DNA of 62,255 bases from an uncultured Mycoplasmatota bacterium (GTDB lineage: Bacteria > Bacillota_I > Bacilli_A > RF39 > UBA660). The position numbers were made by a program, and so were the translations under genes. Each line of letters begins with the position of its first letter. The first letter of the stretch is position 1. A model generated the notes under the pieces. The model was not told where the DNA came from and searched no databases. It saw only the letters and a program-made list of their open reading frames with translations. Positions 19,393 through 29,145 of the stretch are shown here, one piece after another. Location of the stretch: NCBI GenBank assembly GCA_948465965.1, contig CAOJYR010000006.1, positions 1 through 62,255 on the forward strand. Direction: 5' to 3'.

Positions 19393-21294
19393 ATGGCGTT
19401 AAAATATGATGATTCATCAATAAAAGTATTAGAAGGGTTGGATGCAGTTAGAAAGCGTCCTGGTATGTATATTGGATCTACCGACAAAAGAGGGCTTCAC
19501 CATCTTGTTTGGGAAATCGTTGATAACTCAATAGATGAAGCAATTAATGGTTTTGGAGATTATATAAAAATCACAATTCATAGTGATAAATCTATAAGCG
19601 TTGAAGACCATGGTAGAGGACTTCCAACAGGAATGCATGCAACTGGTAAATCCACACCAGAAGTTATTTTTACAGTATTACATGCTGGAGGTAAATTTGA
19701 AAGCGAAGGATATAAAGTATCAGGAGGACTTCACGGAGTTGGTAGTAGTGTTGTTAATGCTTTGTCTAAATGGATGGAAGTAACCATTAAACGTGATAAA
19801 GAAGAACACTACATTCGTTTTGAAAATGGTGGACATGTTGTTGAGCCTCTAAAAAAAATAGGTACAACAAATAAAACAGGTACTACTGTTAGATTTTTAC
19901 CAGATGATGAAATTTTTTCAACAACAAACTTTTCATTCACTACAATTTGTGAAAGGATGCAAGAGTCAGCATTCCTTTTAAAAGGCATTACTATCGAAGT
20001 AGTTGACGAAGAGGATGAAAAAAGCGCTAAATATCACTATGAACGGGGAATTGAAGAATTCGTAGAAGATTTAAATAAAGGAAAAAATACACTTCATAAG
20101 GTTTTATCAATCACTGGTGAGAAATCCAAAATAGAAGTAGATATTTCTATGCAATACACCGACTCCTATAGTGATAATATTGTAAGCTTTGTAAATAATG
20201 TTAAAACCATTGATGGTGGAAGCCATGAAGTGGGTTTCAAAACAGCACTAACAAGAGTTTTTAATGATTATGCGAAGAGCAATGGTTTTATTAAAGGAAA
20301 AGATAAATCTCTTGAAGGAAGTGACGTTAGAGAAGGACTAACTGCAGTTATTAGTCTAAAAATACCTGAAGGAATATTACAATTTGAAGGGCAAACAAAA
20401 GGAAAGTTAGGAACTCCTCAGGCACGTGTTGCAGTAGATACAATAGTTACAGAACAAATGCGAGTATTTTTAGAGGAAAATAAAGCAATCGCAACTGAAA
20501 TAATAAATAAAAGTTTGCGTAGCAAGCTTGCTAGAGAAGCCGCTCGTAAAGCCCGCGAAGAAGCTCGAAAGGGAACAAAAAAGAATAGCAAAGAACGATC
20601 TTTATCTGGAAAACTTGCTCCAGCCCAAAGTAAAGATAAAACAAGAAAAGAATTATTCCTAGTCGAAGGAGATTCAGCTGGAGGTTCAGCAAAACAAGGC
20701 CGTGATAGAAAGTACCAAGCTATTCTTCCATTACGTGGTAAAGTTTTAAATACTGAAAAAACAAAAGAAGAAGATATTTTAAGAAATGAAGAAATAAATA
20801 CTATGATTTATACCATTGGAGCTGGATATGGGTCAAACTTTGATATAAAAGATTGTGAATACTCTAAAGTAATTATCATGAGTGATGCCGATGAAGATGG
20901 TGGACATATCCAATGTTTACTTTTAACATTCTTCTATCGCTACATGAGGCCATTAATAGAAGATGGAAGACTATTCGTGGCTCTTCCACCATTATTTAAA
21001 ATTCAAAGCGGTAAAAACATAGAATATGCATATTCTATTGAAGAAATGAAAGAAAAAGCCAAAGGTAAAAGATGTGAAATTCAAAGATATAAAGGACTTG
21101 GTGAAATGAATGCAGATCAGCTATGTGAAACAACAATGAAACCAGGAACAAGAACCTTAATAAGGGTAAATATAGAAGATGCACAACTTGCCGAAAAAAG
21201 GGTTTCAGTCCTAATGGGAGACGACGTACCACCTCGTAAAGAGTGGATTGATGAAAATGTTGAATTTACCTTAGAAGATGATTATCAAATATAA
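19393..21294 (+). CDS. parE: DNA topoisomerase IV subunit B
   Basis: GHKL ATPase (VLEGLDAVRKRPGMYIGS, DNSIDE), TOPRIM (EGDSAGG) and PLRGKVLN motifs. Called ParE rather than GyrB because the partner gene is ParC-type. Confidence 0.75.
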   Translation: MALKYDDSSIKVLEGLDAVRKRPGMYIGSTDKRGLHHLVWEIVDNSIDEAINGFGDYIKITIHSDKSISVEDHGRGLPTGMHATGKSTPEVIFTVLHAGGKFESEGYKVSGGLHGVGSSVVNALSKWMEVTIKRDKEEHYIRFENGGHVVEPLKKIGTTNKTGTTVRFLPDDEIFSTTNFSFTTICERMQESAFLLKGITIEVVDEEDEKSAKYHYERGIEEFVEDLNKGKNTLHKVLSITGEKSKIEVDISMQYTDSYSDNIVSFVNNVKTIDGGSHEVGFKTALTRVFNDYAKSNGFIKGKDKSLEGSDVREGLTAVISLKIPEGILQFEGQTKGKLGTPQARVAVDTIVTEQMRVFLEENKAIATEIINKSLRSKLAREAARKAREEARKGTKKNSKERSLSGKLAPAQSKDKTRKELFLVEGDSAGGSAKQGRDRKYQAILPLRGKVLNTEKTKEEDILRNEEINTMIYTIGAGYGSNFDIKDCEYSKVIIMSDADEDGGHIQCLLLTFFYRYMRPLIEDGRLFVALPPLFKIQSGKNIEYAYSIEEMKEKAKGKRCEIQRYKGLGEMNADQLCETTMKPGTRTLIRVNIEDAQLAEKRVSVLMGDDVPPRKEWIDENVEFTLEDDYQI

Positions 21295-21335
21295 AAAGCA
21301 AACAAAAACCAGTAATAAAAGAAGTAGGTGAAAAT

Positions 21336-23888
21336 ATGCCAAGAAAGAAAACAGAAACAGAAGAAGTAATTGAAAAGATATTTGACTATACCTTAGAAGA
21401 CATCATGGGAGAACGTTTTGGAAGTTATTCTAAATATATTATTCAAGAACGTGCAATTCCTGATGCAAGAGATGGGCTAAAACCAGTTCAAAGAAGAATT
21501 CTTTATTCAATGCACAAAGAGAAAAATACGTATGATAGAGGATATAGAAAAAGTGCTAAAACTGTTGGAGACGTTATCGGTAATTACCATCCACATGGAG
21601 ATACATCTATCTATGACGCTATGGTAAGAATGAGTCAACCTTGGAAAACAAGGCTTCCTTATATTGATATGCATGGTAACAATGGTTCAATAGATGGAGA
21701 TTCTCCTGCTGCTTATCGTTACACCGAGGCACGTCTTTCAAAAATCTCTAACGAAATGCTTCGTGATATTGATAAAGATACAGTAGAGTTTTCTCCAAAC
21801 TTTGATGATACTACAATTGAACCAACGGTATTACCTGCGCGTTTTCCAGCTCTTTTGGTTTATGGCGCACAAGGAATTTCCGCAGGATATGCTACAAATA
21901 TTCCACCACATAATTTAACAGAGATAATTGATGCTACAATTCACCGTATAGATAATCCAAATTGTAGCTTAGATACTTTAATGAAAATTGTTAAAGGGCC
22001 AGACTTTCCAACTGGTGGAATTATCGAAGGGATAGATGGAATTCGCCAAGCTTATGAAACGGGGCGTGGTAGAATTGTTATTAAGAGTAAGTATACCATT
22101 GAAGAGTCAAAAACAGGTTCATCCATTATAATCACTGAAATTCCTTTCGAAACAAATAAAGCCTTAATGGTTAAAAAGATGGATGATATTAGGATAGACA
22201 AAAAAATTGATGGAATTACCGAAGTAAGGGATGAATCAGCCGCAGATGTTAGAGTGGTAATTGATTTAAAGAAAAATGCAAATACTGAGCTTATAGTTAA
22301 CTACTTACTTAAAAACACTGATATGCAAATAAGTTATAACTTTAATGTTGTCTCAATTGTAAATAAAAGACCCAAACTTTTAGGATTAAAAGCTGCTCTA
22401 GATGCATTTATTAACCATCAAAAAGAAGTGGTTCGTCGTCGTACAGAGTTTGACTTGCGCCATGCAAAAGCAAGATATCATATAGTGGAAGGCTTAATAA
22501 AGTGTTTATCTATTTTAGATGAAGTAATAAAAGTAATTAGAGAATCTAAAAATAAAACAAATGCCAAAGAAAATCTAGTTAAAGAGTTTGCATTTACTAT
22601 GGAACAAGCAGAGGCTATTGTTACTTTACAACTATATCGCCTAACAAATACAGACGTTGTGGCATTAGAAACAGAAAAAGACTCTTTAGAAAAAATAATC
22701 AGCGGATTAAGTGCCATACTTGGAAGCGAAGATGTTTTAAAATCAGTTATGAAAAAAGACCTAAGAGATGTCAAGAAAGAGTATCCAACCCCACGTATTA
22801 CTGAGATAAGGGATGAAATAACTGAAATAAAAATAGATGAAGCAGCTATGATTCCAAAAGAGGACGTTGTAGTGATGATTACTAAAGACGGTTATTTAAA
22901 AAGAACTTCATTCAGAAGTTATACTGCCTCAAATCCAGAAGATATCACTATTAAAGAAAATGATTACATATTAGGAATGTATGAAATGAATACCACTGAT
23001 ACCTTGCTAGTATTTACTACCAAAGGAAATTACTTACATATTCCAGTGCATATGATTCCAGACCTAAAGTGGAAAGATATGCCAAAACATGTAAGTAATG
23101 TAATAGAAATATCACCAGAAGAATCAGTTGTAACCGCAATACCAGTGTATTCATTTGAAAGTGACAAAAATATAGTTATCGCAACACAAAATGGTATGAT
23201 TAAACGTACTAAAGTAAAAGATTTTAAATTACTTCGCTATTCTAAGCCAACAAGTTGTATGAAATTAAAAGACGATGACTTAGTAATAGATGCCTTTATC
23301 GAAGAGGAAAACTCCTTATTCCTAACTACAGATTCTGGGTATGGACTAAGTTTCAAAACTGAAGAAGTACCAATTGTTGGTGTAAAAGCAGCAGGTGTGA
23401 AAGCGATGAAATTAAAGGATGATCATTTAGTATCAGTAAATAATTTTGACTATGAAAAGAATGAATATATCTCAATTATTACTGATAAAGGCACAGGAAA
23501 AAGAGTAAGGTTAAGTGAATTTGAAATATCTTCACGTGCACGCCGAGGATTACTAGTTTTAAGAGAAGTAAAAACCAACCCATACAAGGTAATAAAAACA
23601 TTTATAACTGACTCTAAGAATTATATTGGTATTAAAAATGATTCAATAAATATTATAAAACTTACAGAATTAACTATTAATGATAGATATTCAATAGGAA
23701 CACAAATTTCTAAGCATAGTTTATCTGATGCATTCATAGTCGCAACTTTAAAAAGAAGTGTTAAAGAAGAATGTATAGATAAAAAAGAAGAGAAAATAGA
23801 AGTAAAAAAAGAAGTTTCTAAAAAAGAGAAGATTTCTCTAAAGGAGATAGATGATCGATTAATGACAATCGATGATTTTCTAAACTAA
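21336..23888 (+). CDS. parC: DNA topoisomerase IV subunit A
   Basis: The N-terminus GERFGSYSKYIIQERAIPDARDGLKPVQRRILYSM is the Gram-positive ParC pattern. The catalytic AAYRYTEARL is present. No GyrA box (QRRGGKG) at the start of the C-terminal domain. Confidence 0.75.
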   Translation: MPRKKTETEEVIEKIFDYTLEDIMGERFGSYSKYIIQERAIPDARDGLKPVQRRILYSMHKEKNTYDRGYRKSAKTVGDVIGNYHPHGDTSIYDAMVRMSQPWKTRLPYIDMHGNNGSIDGDSPAAYRYTEARLSKISNEMLRDIDKDTVEFSPNFDDTTIEPTVLPARFPALLVYGAQGISAGYATNIPPHNLTEIIDATIHRIDNPNCSLDTLMKIVKGPDFPTGGIIEGIDGIRQAYETGRGRIVIKSKYTIEESKTGSSIIITEIPFETNKALMVKKMDDIRIDKKIDGITEVRDESAADVRVVIDLKKNANTELIVNYLLKNTDMQISYNFNVVSIVNKRPKLLGLKAALDAFINHQKEVVRRRTEFDLRHAKARYHIVEGLIKCLSILDEVIKVIRESKNKTNAKENLVKEFAFTMEQAEAIVTLQLYRLTNTDVVALETEKDSLEKIISGLSAILGSEDVLKSVMKKDLRDVKKEYPTPRITEIRDEITEIKIDEAAMIPKEDVVVMITKDGYLKRTSFRSYTASNPEDITIKENDYILGMYEMNTTDTLLVFTTKGNYLHIPVHMIPDLKWKDMPKHVSNVIEISPEESVVTAIPVYSFESDKNIVIATQNGMIKRTKVKDFKLLRYSKPTSCMKLKDDDLVIDAFIEEENSLFLTTDSGYGLSFKTEEVPIVGVKAAGVKAMKLKDDHLVSVNNFDYEKNEYISIITDKGTGKRVRLSEFEISSRARRGLLVLREVKTNPYKVIKTFITDSKNYIGIKNDSINIIKLTELTINDRYSIGTQISKHSLSDAFIVATLKRSVKEECIDKKEEKIEVKKEVSKKEKISLKEIDDRLMTIDDFLN

Positions 23889-23892
23889 AGTT

Positions 23893-24921
23893 ATGAAAGA
23901 TAAGTATAAAATCATAAATGACTATTTAAATGAATTCTGTTTTCAGAATGATAATACTTTCTTTTTTCATAACTTAGTCCCATATTTTGTAACAAGTGAT
24001 AATATTTTAAAAATATTAAAAGAAAATGATTCCTTTATAGAAACCAACCACAAATACAATAAAGGGTTATTTGATAACGATTATGATGATGATATATATC
24101 TAGATGGTGTAGAATCTCTTTATATCGTAAGAAGATTTATTAAAGAAAAATGCCCTATGTATTTAGATAAATTGGATACATTTATAAAAAATGGAACCTT
24201 TGATTTTACTGATAGTCATGAGCATTTGAATATGAGTACTTCCAGTTATAGTTATACAAATAAACACAGAGAGATATCCATTAATTTACATCACAATTAT
24301 CATGATCCTTGGACTATTATTCATGAGTTTATTCATCAAATGAACCTTACTCCAGAAGGATATAGCGATAGTAGAATAGTACTCACTGAAGGTATTTCGA
24401 TATATTTTGAAACGTTGCTTTTTAAGTATATGGAAAAGTTAGGATATGATAAAGTAGAAATTAATAGGATTAGACGATATAGAACTGTCGATTGTTTTTA
24501 TGTCTGTCATATGCTTAAAGATCACATATTAATATTAGACAGTTATTTAAAATTTGGTAATATTAGTGATAACACTTATCATGACAGGAATAAATATAGC
24601 CTTATAAATTGGACAAATAAAGAAACCTACAACAAAGCCATTGATGCAACCTTCAAAGAATTAGAAAAAAGACTGATTAACCCTAGAAAAGAAAGTGGTT
24701 ATTTGCTAGGTACTTTAATAGCCTTTTCTGCAATCAGAAACAATGTGGATATAGATAAATTCATTAAACTAAACAGTAAAATTAATGATACAAATAATAT
24801 TTTAGGATGTCTAAAAAGTATTGGAATTAATTTAAATATGGATAAAGAATTATTTCAATCATTTAAGGAAGAAATTATCAGTATTAATAAAGTTTTAACA
24901 GAAGACAAAAAGAAGTTGTAG
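23893..24921 (+). CDS. putative gluzincin metallopeptidase (HExxH), paralog-like of the 7402 ORF
   Basis: HEFIH, followed about 20 aa later by EGISIYFET. There is no SD; the ATG lies 4 nt after the parC stop. Confidence 0.45.
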   Translation: MKDKYKIINDYLNEFCFQNDNTFFFHNLVPYFVTSDNILKILKENDSFIETNHKYNKGLFDNDYDDDIYLDGVESLYIVRRFIKEKCPMYLDKLDTFIKNGTFDFTDSHEHLNMSTSSYSYTNKHREISINLHHNYHDPWTIIHEFIHQMNLTPEGYSDSRIVLTEGISIYFETLLFKYMEKLGYDKVEINRIRRYRTVDCFYVCHMLKDHILILDSYLKFGNISDNTYHDRNKYSLINWTNKETYNKAIDATFKELEKRLINPRKESGYLLGTLIAFSAIRNNVDIDKFIKLNSKINDTNNILGCLKSIGINLNMDKELFQSFKEEIISINKVLTEDKKKL

Positions 24922-24938
24922 AAATACTTCTTTTTTTG
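24907..24938 (+). terminator. rho-independent terminator
   Basis: AAAAAGAAGT / ACTTCTTTTT stem overlapping the stop codon, followed by a T-run. Confidence 0.6.
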
Positions 24939-24969
24939 TAGAAAAAGCATATAATATAGTGGTGATAAA

Positions 24970-25335
24970 ATGTCTAAAGAATCATTTAAATCCTTCGCAA
25001 GAGGTCATAAAGAGTTAGCAAATTATATTATGAATGGAAAGACAAGTTGGCAAAAGCTATATGAAATTTATGAAATATATGGAGAAAACAGTTCTATATG
25101 GAATGATTATTTTACGAGTGCCTCTACCTCACTATCGCAAATTACTCCAGAAACAACATTTAAAGACTTATTCAATACTATAAAGAATGTTGACTTAGAT
25201 TCTGTTCAAAAAGGAATAACAAATATTCAAAAAACAATAGGGCTACTACAAGACATAGGTATAGGAGGTAATACACTACCTGCAAATACAGAAACATATG
25301 AACCACGTCCAATATATAAATATTTTGAGGATTAG
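24970..25335 (+). CDS. YlbD-like protein
   Basis: FKSFARGHKELANYIMNGKTSWQKLYEIYEIYGENSSIWNDYF matches the YlbD N-terminal pattern. Bacillus-like synteny ylbD-ylbE-ylbF-rsmD. Confidence 0.55.
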   Translation: MSKESFKSFARGHKELANYIMNGKTSWQKLYEIYEIYGENSSIWNDYFTSASTSLSQITPETTFKDLFNTIKNVDLDSVQKGITNIQKTIGLLQDIGIGGNTLPANTETYEPRPIYKYFED

Positions 25336-25337
25336 AT

Positions 25338-25559
25338 ATGGATCTATTTACAATTAATCAAATAAGAAGCAACCCAAACCTTTATAGTTATTTAAGAGAA
25401 AACTCTACTTGGTATAAGTATTTAAATAGAAATAGAGCTAACTTAAAATCTCTGGATGAGGAAATGAAAAAGAAATATAAATTAACTCCAGAAGATAAAA
25501 TAGAAAAATTCTCAAGAAGTATTGACTTAATTTCTACATTTATGGATGTATTAAATTAA
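25338..25559 (+). CDS. YlbE-like protein
   Basis: 73 aa. NPNLYSYLRENSTWYKYLNRN...KIEKFS matches the YlbE family pattern and synteny. Confidence 0.6.
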   Translation: MDLFTINQIRSNPNLYSYLRENSTWYKYLNRNRANLKSLDEEMKKKYKLTPEDKIEKFSRSIDLISTFMDVLN

Positions 25560-25580
25560 AAAGTATGATAATATAAATAT

Positions 25581-25862
25581 ATGGAAGAGTTATTAGATAA
25601 ATTAGACAAATTAAAAGAATCTTTAAATAAAGAAGAAACCATAATAAAAATAAGAAAACTAAACAAAAAAATAGAAAAAGATACTGCGTTAATAAGCAAG
25701 ATTAAAAGATATAAAGAAGAACCGAGTGAAGAGTTAAAATACCAAATATATTCAAATGCATTATATAAAGAATATAAGGAAAAGGAAACAGATCTAAATT
25801 TGCTGATAATGAGTATTAACAATAAACTAAAGAAAATAAACAATAAGGATCATTGCATATGA
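25581..25862 (+). CDS. YlbF/YmcA/YheA-like helical protein
   Basis: 93-aa coiled helical protein in the ylbF position upstream of rsmD. No clear SD. Confidence 0.4.
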   Translation: MEELLDKLDKLKESLNKEETIIKIRKLNKKIEKDTALISKIKRYKEEPSEELKYQIYSNALYKEYKEKETDLNLLIMSINNKLKKINNKDHCI

Positions 25863-26398
25863 AAGTAATAAGTGGGATTTATAAAGGTAGAAAAATAGAA
25901 GGTTTTGATATAGAAGGTACAAGGCCTACAATGGATAGAGTAAAAGAGAGTCTATTTGCTATGATACAAAATGATATTCAAGAAAGTATTGTCTTGGATC
26001 TTTTTTCGGGTAGTGGGAACTTAGCTATAGAATCCCTTAGTGAAGGAAGTAGTTTTGCATATCTTGTTGATAGTAATAAGAAAGCCATTTCTATAATAAA
26101 AAAGAATATAGAAAATATTGGTGTTAAAAACTGTAATATCTTAAATCTAGATTTTAAAAAAGCTTTAAAATATTACGCTGAGAACAATATTAAATTTGAT
26201 ATAATTTTTCTAGATCCTCCATATAAAACGAATTATATAGAAGAGGCCATAAAACTTATTACAAAATATAATCTATTAAATGAAAATGGTATTATAGTAG
26301 CAGAAAGTAGTAATCTAGATAAAGTTATATATCCAGATAAATACAAAGTAGCAAAAAACAAAAAATATGGGGATAAATGGGTAGTCATCTTAAAATAA
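25853..26398 (+). CDS. rsmD: 16S rRNA (guanine966-N2)-methyltransferase RsmD
   Basis: DLFSGSGNLAIESLSEG SAM-binding motif and the FLDPPY motif. 181 aa. Confidence 0.85.
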   Translation: MHMKVISGIYKGRKIEGFDIEGTRPTMDRVKESLFAMIQNDIQESIVLDLFSGSGNLAIESLSEGSSFAYLVDSNKKAISIIKKNIENIGVKNCNILNLDFKKALKYYAENNIKFDIIFLDPPYKTNYIEEAIKLITKYNLLNENGIIVAESSNLDKVIYPDKYKVAKNKKYGDKWVVILK

Positions 26399-26432
26399 TT
26401 GTGCTAAAATTATCTTTAAGATAGGTGATCAT

Positions 26433-28025
26433 ATGAAAAAATTGAATAATAAGGGATTTGCAATTTCAACATTATTATATGGACTTATGATAATGATTTT
26501 TTTAATTGTATTTGCTTTGATGAGTATAATGGGTTCAAACAGAAAAAATACCAAAAATTTAGTAGATGTTATTCAAGATGAATTAAATCGATATAGTATG
26601 ACCGATATAACAATGATGTATGATTCGTCTTTAGACGATGATGATGGGCGTATTTATATAGCACCATCAAGTGGTTGGTATAAAGTAGAGTTATGGGGAT
26701 CAAAGTTCACATACGCAACTACTGTAAATAAAGGATCTTATATATCAGGAATGATTTATTTAAATGATAATGATCACTTGTATGTATACTTAGGCAAAGA
26801 TAAAACAACAGAAGCAAAAGCCTCAGATTCATACATAACATTATCTAACGAAAATGATAGTACAACCATAATGTTAGCACCAGGAGGAAAACCACCAGGT
26901 GAGGACGACACACACTATAAAATGTTTGGTTATGCTGGAACTCAAATTATTACAGATGTAGGTTATACTGATGTTTCAAAAAAATTTACTATTGAATATG
27001 GTGAATATGATTCAGAAGGAAACCCAATAAAGACAAGAAATATTGCACCTATATTTTATGATGGCTTATTTGTTCCAAATGTAAATAGCAATCCTAGTAA
27101 GTTTAAAATTTCAAAAATAGCAGACAATCCTTCTAACAATCCCCCAGGTAAAGGAACCAATACAAAATTGACAAATGTTAAATATATAAAAGACTGTGCT
27201 ACAGGAAGTAGTTATACAGCATGGCCAGATATTGTACATTGGGTAGATATTCAAGCAATAGCTGGTGGAATTAATTACTCTTCAAATGTTTATAATAACG
27301 CAAGTATAAAAGCAGATGATTTTTCACAAACTTTAAGCAATAGTGAACGCGTTATAGATAGTAAAGTGGATGATAGTACACAATATAGTCAAATTAATGC
27401 CACAGGAAACAAATGTGTTACCGTGGAACTTCGACAAAAAAGAGATTTAGACGAAATAGCAGTATGGCATTATTATAAAGATGGAAGAAGTTATTATAAT
27501 CATACTTTGTCAGTTAGTAGCGATGGAAATAATTGGACAGAATTAAGACATACAACTTATAGTACAGCTGAATCAGAATCTTCAGTAGGAATTAGATATA
27601 ACTCATTCCAACCTCATCCAGATCCTACTGAAAATTTGCCAGAGGGTAAGTATTATATTTTTTATACTGGCGATAAAGATAAAAACACAGTATTAACACA
27701 AAATGACAATAATATTAATGTAAAGTTATTTACAGCTGAAAGGAATCAACAATGGCAGGTGAATAAAAATGATGATGGAACCTATAAAATAACAAATATA
27801 GAAACAAATTTTGCACTAGAAAAAGCCGAAAGTAGTGTTATATGTAAGAACAAAGACTTTAACAATAATCAAAAATGGAATATATATGGAAATATCGACG
27901 GTTTCTATTCGATAACAGATCCAACAAGATCTGCTCCAACATATGGAATAAAAAAAGATATGAGTTTGAGTATTTCTACTAGCGCTGATTCTAGTCAAAG
28001 ATTTAAATTTGTAAAAATAAATTAA
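26433..28025 (+). CDS. pilin-signal-like membrane-anchored protein with discoidin-like and ricin B-lectin-like domains
   Basis: The N-terminus MKKLNNKG/FAISTLLYGLMIMIFLIVFAL resembles a class III (prepilin) signal but has T, not E, at +5. Mid-region AVWHYYKDGRSYYNHTLSVSSDGNNW is F5/8 type C-like. The C-terminal 127 aa carry QxW-type repeats (QQWQV, QKWNI, QRFKF). Confidence 0.6.
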   Translation: MKKLNNKGFAISTLLYGLMIMIFLIVFALMSIMGSNRKNTKNLVDVIQDELNRYSMTDITMMYDSSLDDDDGRIYIAPSSGWYKVELWGSKFTYATTVNKGSYISGMIYLNDNDHLYVYLGKDKTTEAKASDSYITLSNENDSTTIMLAPGGKPPGEDDTHYKMFGYAGTQIITDVGYTDVSKKFTIEYGEYDSEGNPIKTRNIAPIFYDGLFVPNVNSNPSKFKISKIADNPSNNPPGKGTNTKLTNVKYIKDCATGSSYTAWPDIVHWVDIQAIAGGINYSSNVYNNASIKADDFSQTLSNSERVIDSKVDDSTQYSQINATGNKCVTVELRQKRDLDEIAVWHYYKDGRSYYNHTLSVSSDGNNWTELRHTTYSTAESESSVGIRYNSFQPHPDPTENLPEGKYYIFYTGDKDKNTVLTQNDNNINVKLFTAERNQQWQVNKNDDGTYKITNIETNFALEKAESSVICKNKDFNNNQKWNIYGNIDGFYSITDPTRSAPTYGIKKDMSLSISTSADSSQRFKFVKIN

Positions 28026-28050
28026 AAGCAGCAACAATTACTGCTTTTTT
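28024..28050 (+). terminator. rho-independent terminator
   Basis: AAAAGCAG / CTGCTTTT stem, 9-nt loop, T-run. Confidence 0.7.
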
Positions 28051-28066
28051 GATTAAAATAAAAAAA

Positions 28067-28093
28067 TTAGCACAAAATATTGACAAGTGCTAA
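28067..28093 (+). promoter_or_regulatory. CIRCE operator 1 (overlaps the -35)
   Basis: TTAGCACaa-N9-aaGTGCTAA has perfect 7-bp outer arms at the canonical spacing. It overlaps TTGACA (28080-28085). Confidence 0.75.
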
Positions 28094-28108
28094 AAAGTGT
28101 CATACAAT
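28080..28108 (+). promoter_or_regulatory. sigmaA promoter of the hrcA operon
   Basis: TTGACA, 17 nt, TACAAT. Confidence 0.7.
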
Positions 28109-28112
28109 AGCA

Positions 28113-28139
28113 TTAGCACTCATAAAATATTAGTGCCAG
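28113..28139 (+). promoter_or_regulatory. CIRCE operator 2 (downstream of the -10)
   Basis: TTAGCACTC-ATAAAATAT-TAGTGCCAG. The left arm is perfect; the right arm matches the consensus GAGTGCTAA at 6 of 9 positions. Confidence 0.7.
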
Positions 28140-28143
28140 GAGG

Positions 28144-29139
28144 TTGATGCAATTGTTAACTGATAGACAAAACAAAATTTTGAAGTTAATAGTTGATCAG
28201 TATATTAAATTAGCAAAACCAGTTGGTTCTAATTTAATATCTAAAAAACTAAAATGTTCTAGTGCCACAATAAGAAATGAGATGGTGTCATTAGAGGATG
28301 CAGGATTACTAGAAAAGACACATACATCTTCAGGGAGAATTCCTAGTGAAAAAGGTTACAGATATTATGTGGATAACCTTATGGAACCTAAAAAGATGAA
28401 TGGGGAAGATATGTTAAAACTTCAAATAGTTTTTCATAATCAGCAACTTGCCTTATCTGATGTAATAACTAAGAGTTTGCAGGTTATATCAGATATGACT
28501 AATTATGCTACTGTAGTACTTGGTAGTACCTCTCATGAGAACCTTCTTAAACAAATAGAAGTAGTTCCGATTGATGATGTTAGTATGATAGTAATAATAG
28601 TTACTGATAAAGGACATGTAGAACATAAAAACATTAGACTTCAAGATGTAGAGTTGGATGAAGTAAAGAAAACTGTTGGTTTAATCAACAATTTAATTGC
28701 AGGTACTCCTATAGATGAAATTAGTACGAAATTAGAGTATGAAATCAAACCTATTATAGGAAAATATGTAAAACAACATGAACAACTATATAATGCCTTC
28801 TATCATGTATTTAACGACTTCACTAACCAAGAAGTAAATATTGTTGGGCGCAACAAATTCCTAAATCAGCCAGAATTTAGTAATGTTGATAAAATTAGAA
28901 ATGTTTTCAATAAATTAGAAAACAAAGAAGTACTACACAGTATAGAGGAAGATGATGACAACAACATTAAAGTATACATTGGAAAAGAAAGTAATATTGA
29001 TGAGGATGTAACAGTTATTAAAACGAAGTTTAAAAATGGTGCTGAAGAGGGAACACTAGCTATTATAGGCCCTAAAAGAATGGAATACGACAGAGTGGTT
29101 TCAATGTTAGAATACATGAAAGAAAATATAGAAAGGTAG
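28144..29139 (+). CDS. hrcA: heat-inducible transcription repressor HrcA
   Basis: LTDRQNKILKLIVDQY..PVGS..SSATIRNEM..LE..GLLEKTHTSSGRIPSEKGYRYYVD. The start is ambiguous: TTG 28144, ATG 28147 or TTG 28153, after AGGAGG. Confidence 0.9.
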   Translation: MMQLLTDRQNKILKLIVDQYIKLAKPVGSNLISKKLKCSSATIRNEMVSLEDAGLLEKTHTSSGRIPSEKGYRYYVDNLMEPKKMNGEDMLKLQIVFHNQQLALSDVITKSLQVISDMTNYATVVLGSTSHENLLKQIEVVPIDDVSMIVIIVTDKGHVEHKNIRLQDVELDEVKKTVGLINNLIAGTPIDEISTKLEYEIKPIIGKYVKQHEQLYNAFYHVFNDFTNQEVNIVGRNKFLNQPEFSNVDKIRNVFNKLENKEVLHSIEEDDDNNIKVYIGKESNIDEDVTVIKTKFKNGAEEGTLAIIGPKRMEYDRVVSMLEYMKENIER

Positions 29140-29145
29140 GTCATA

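Noticed and set aside
19601-19783. Same-strand alternative-frame ORFs inside parE (19601-19783), dnaK (31181-31369), the 50120 gene (50688-50891) and the XRE leader (36337-36558).
   Set aside because: They are embedded out of frame in well-supported genes, or start at an ATG that is part of a repeated leader motif. They have no SD and no recognisable protein features.
19393-23888. Calling the type II topoisomerase pair gyrB-gyrA.
   Set aside because: The A subunit has the ParC-type N-terminus (RFGSYSKYIIQERAIPD...PVQRRILYSM) and lacks a GyrA box. There is also no dnaA/dnaN/recF origin context.
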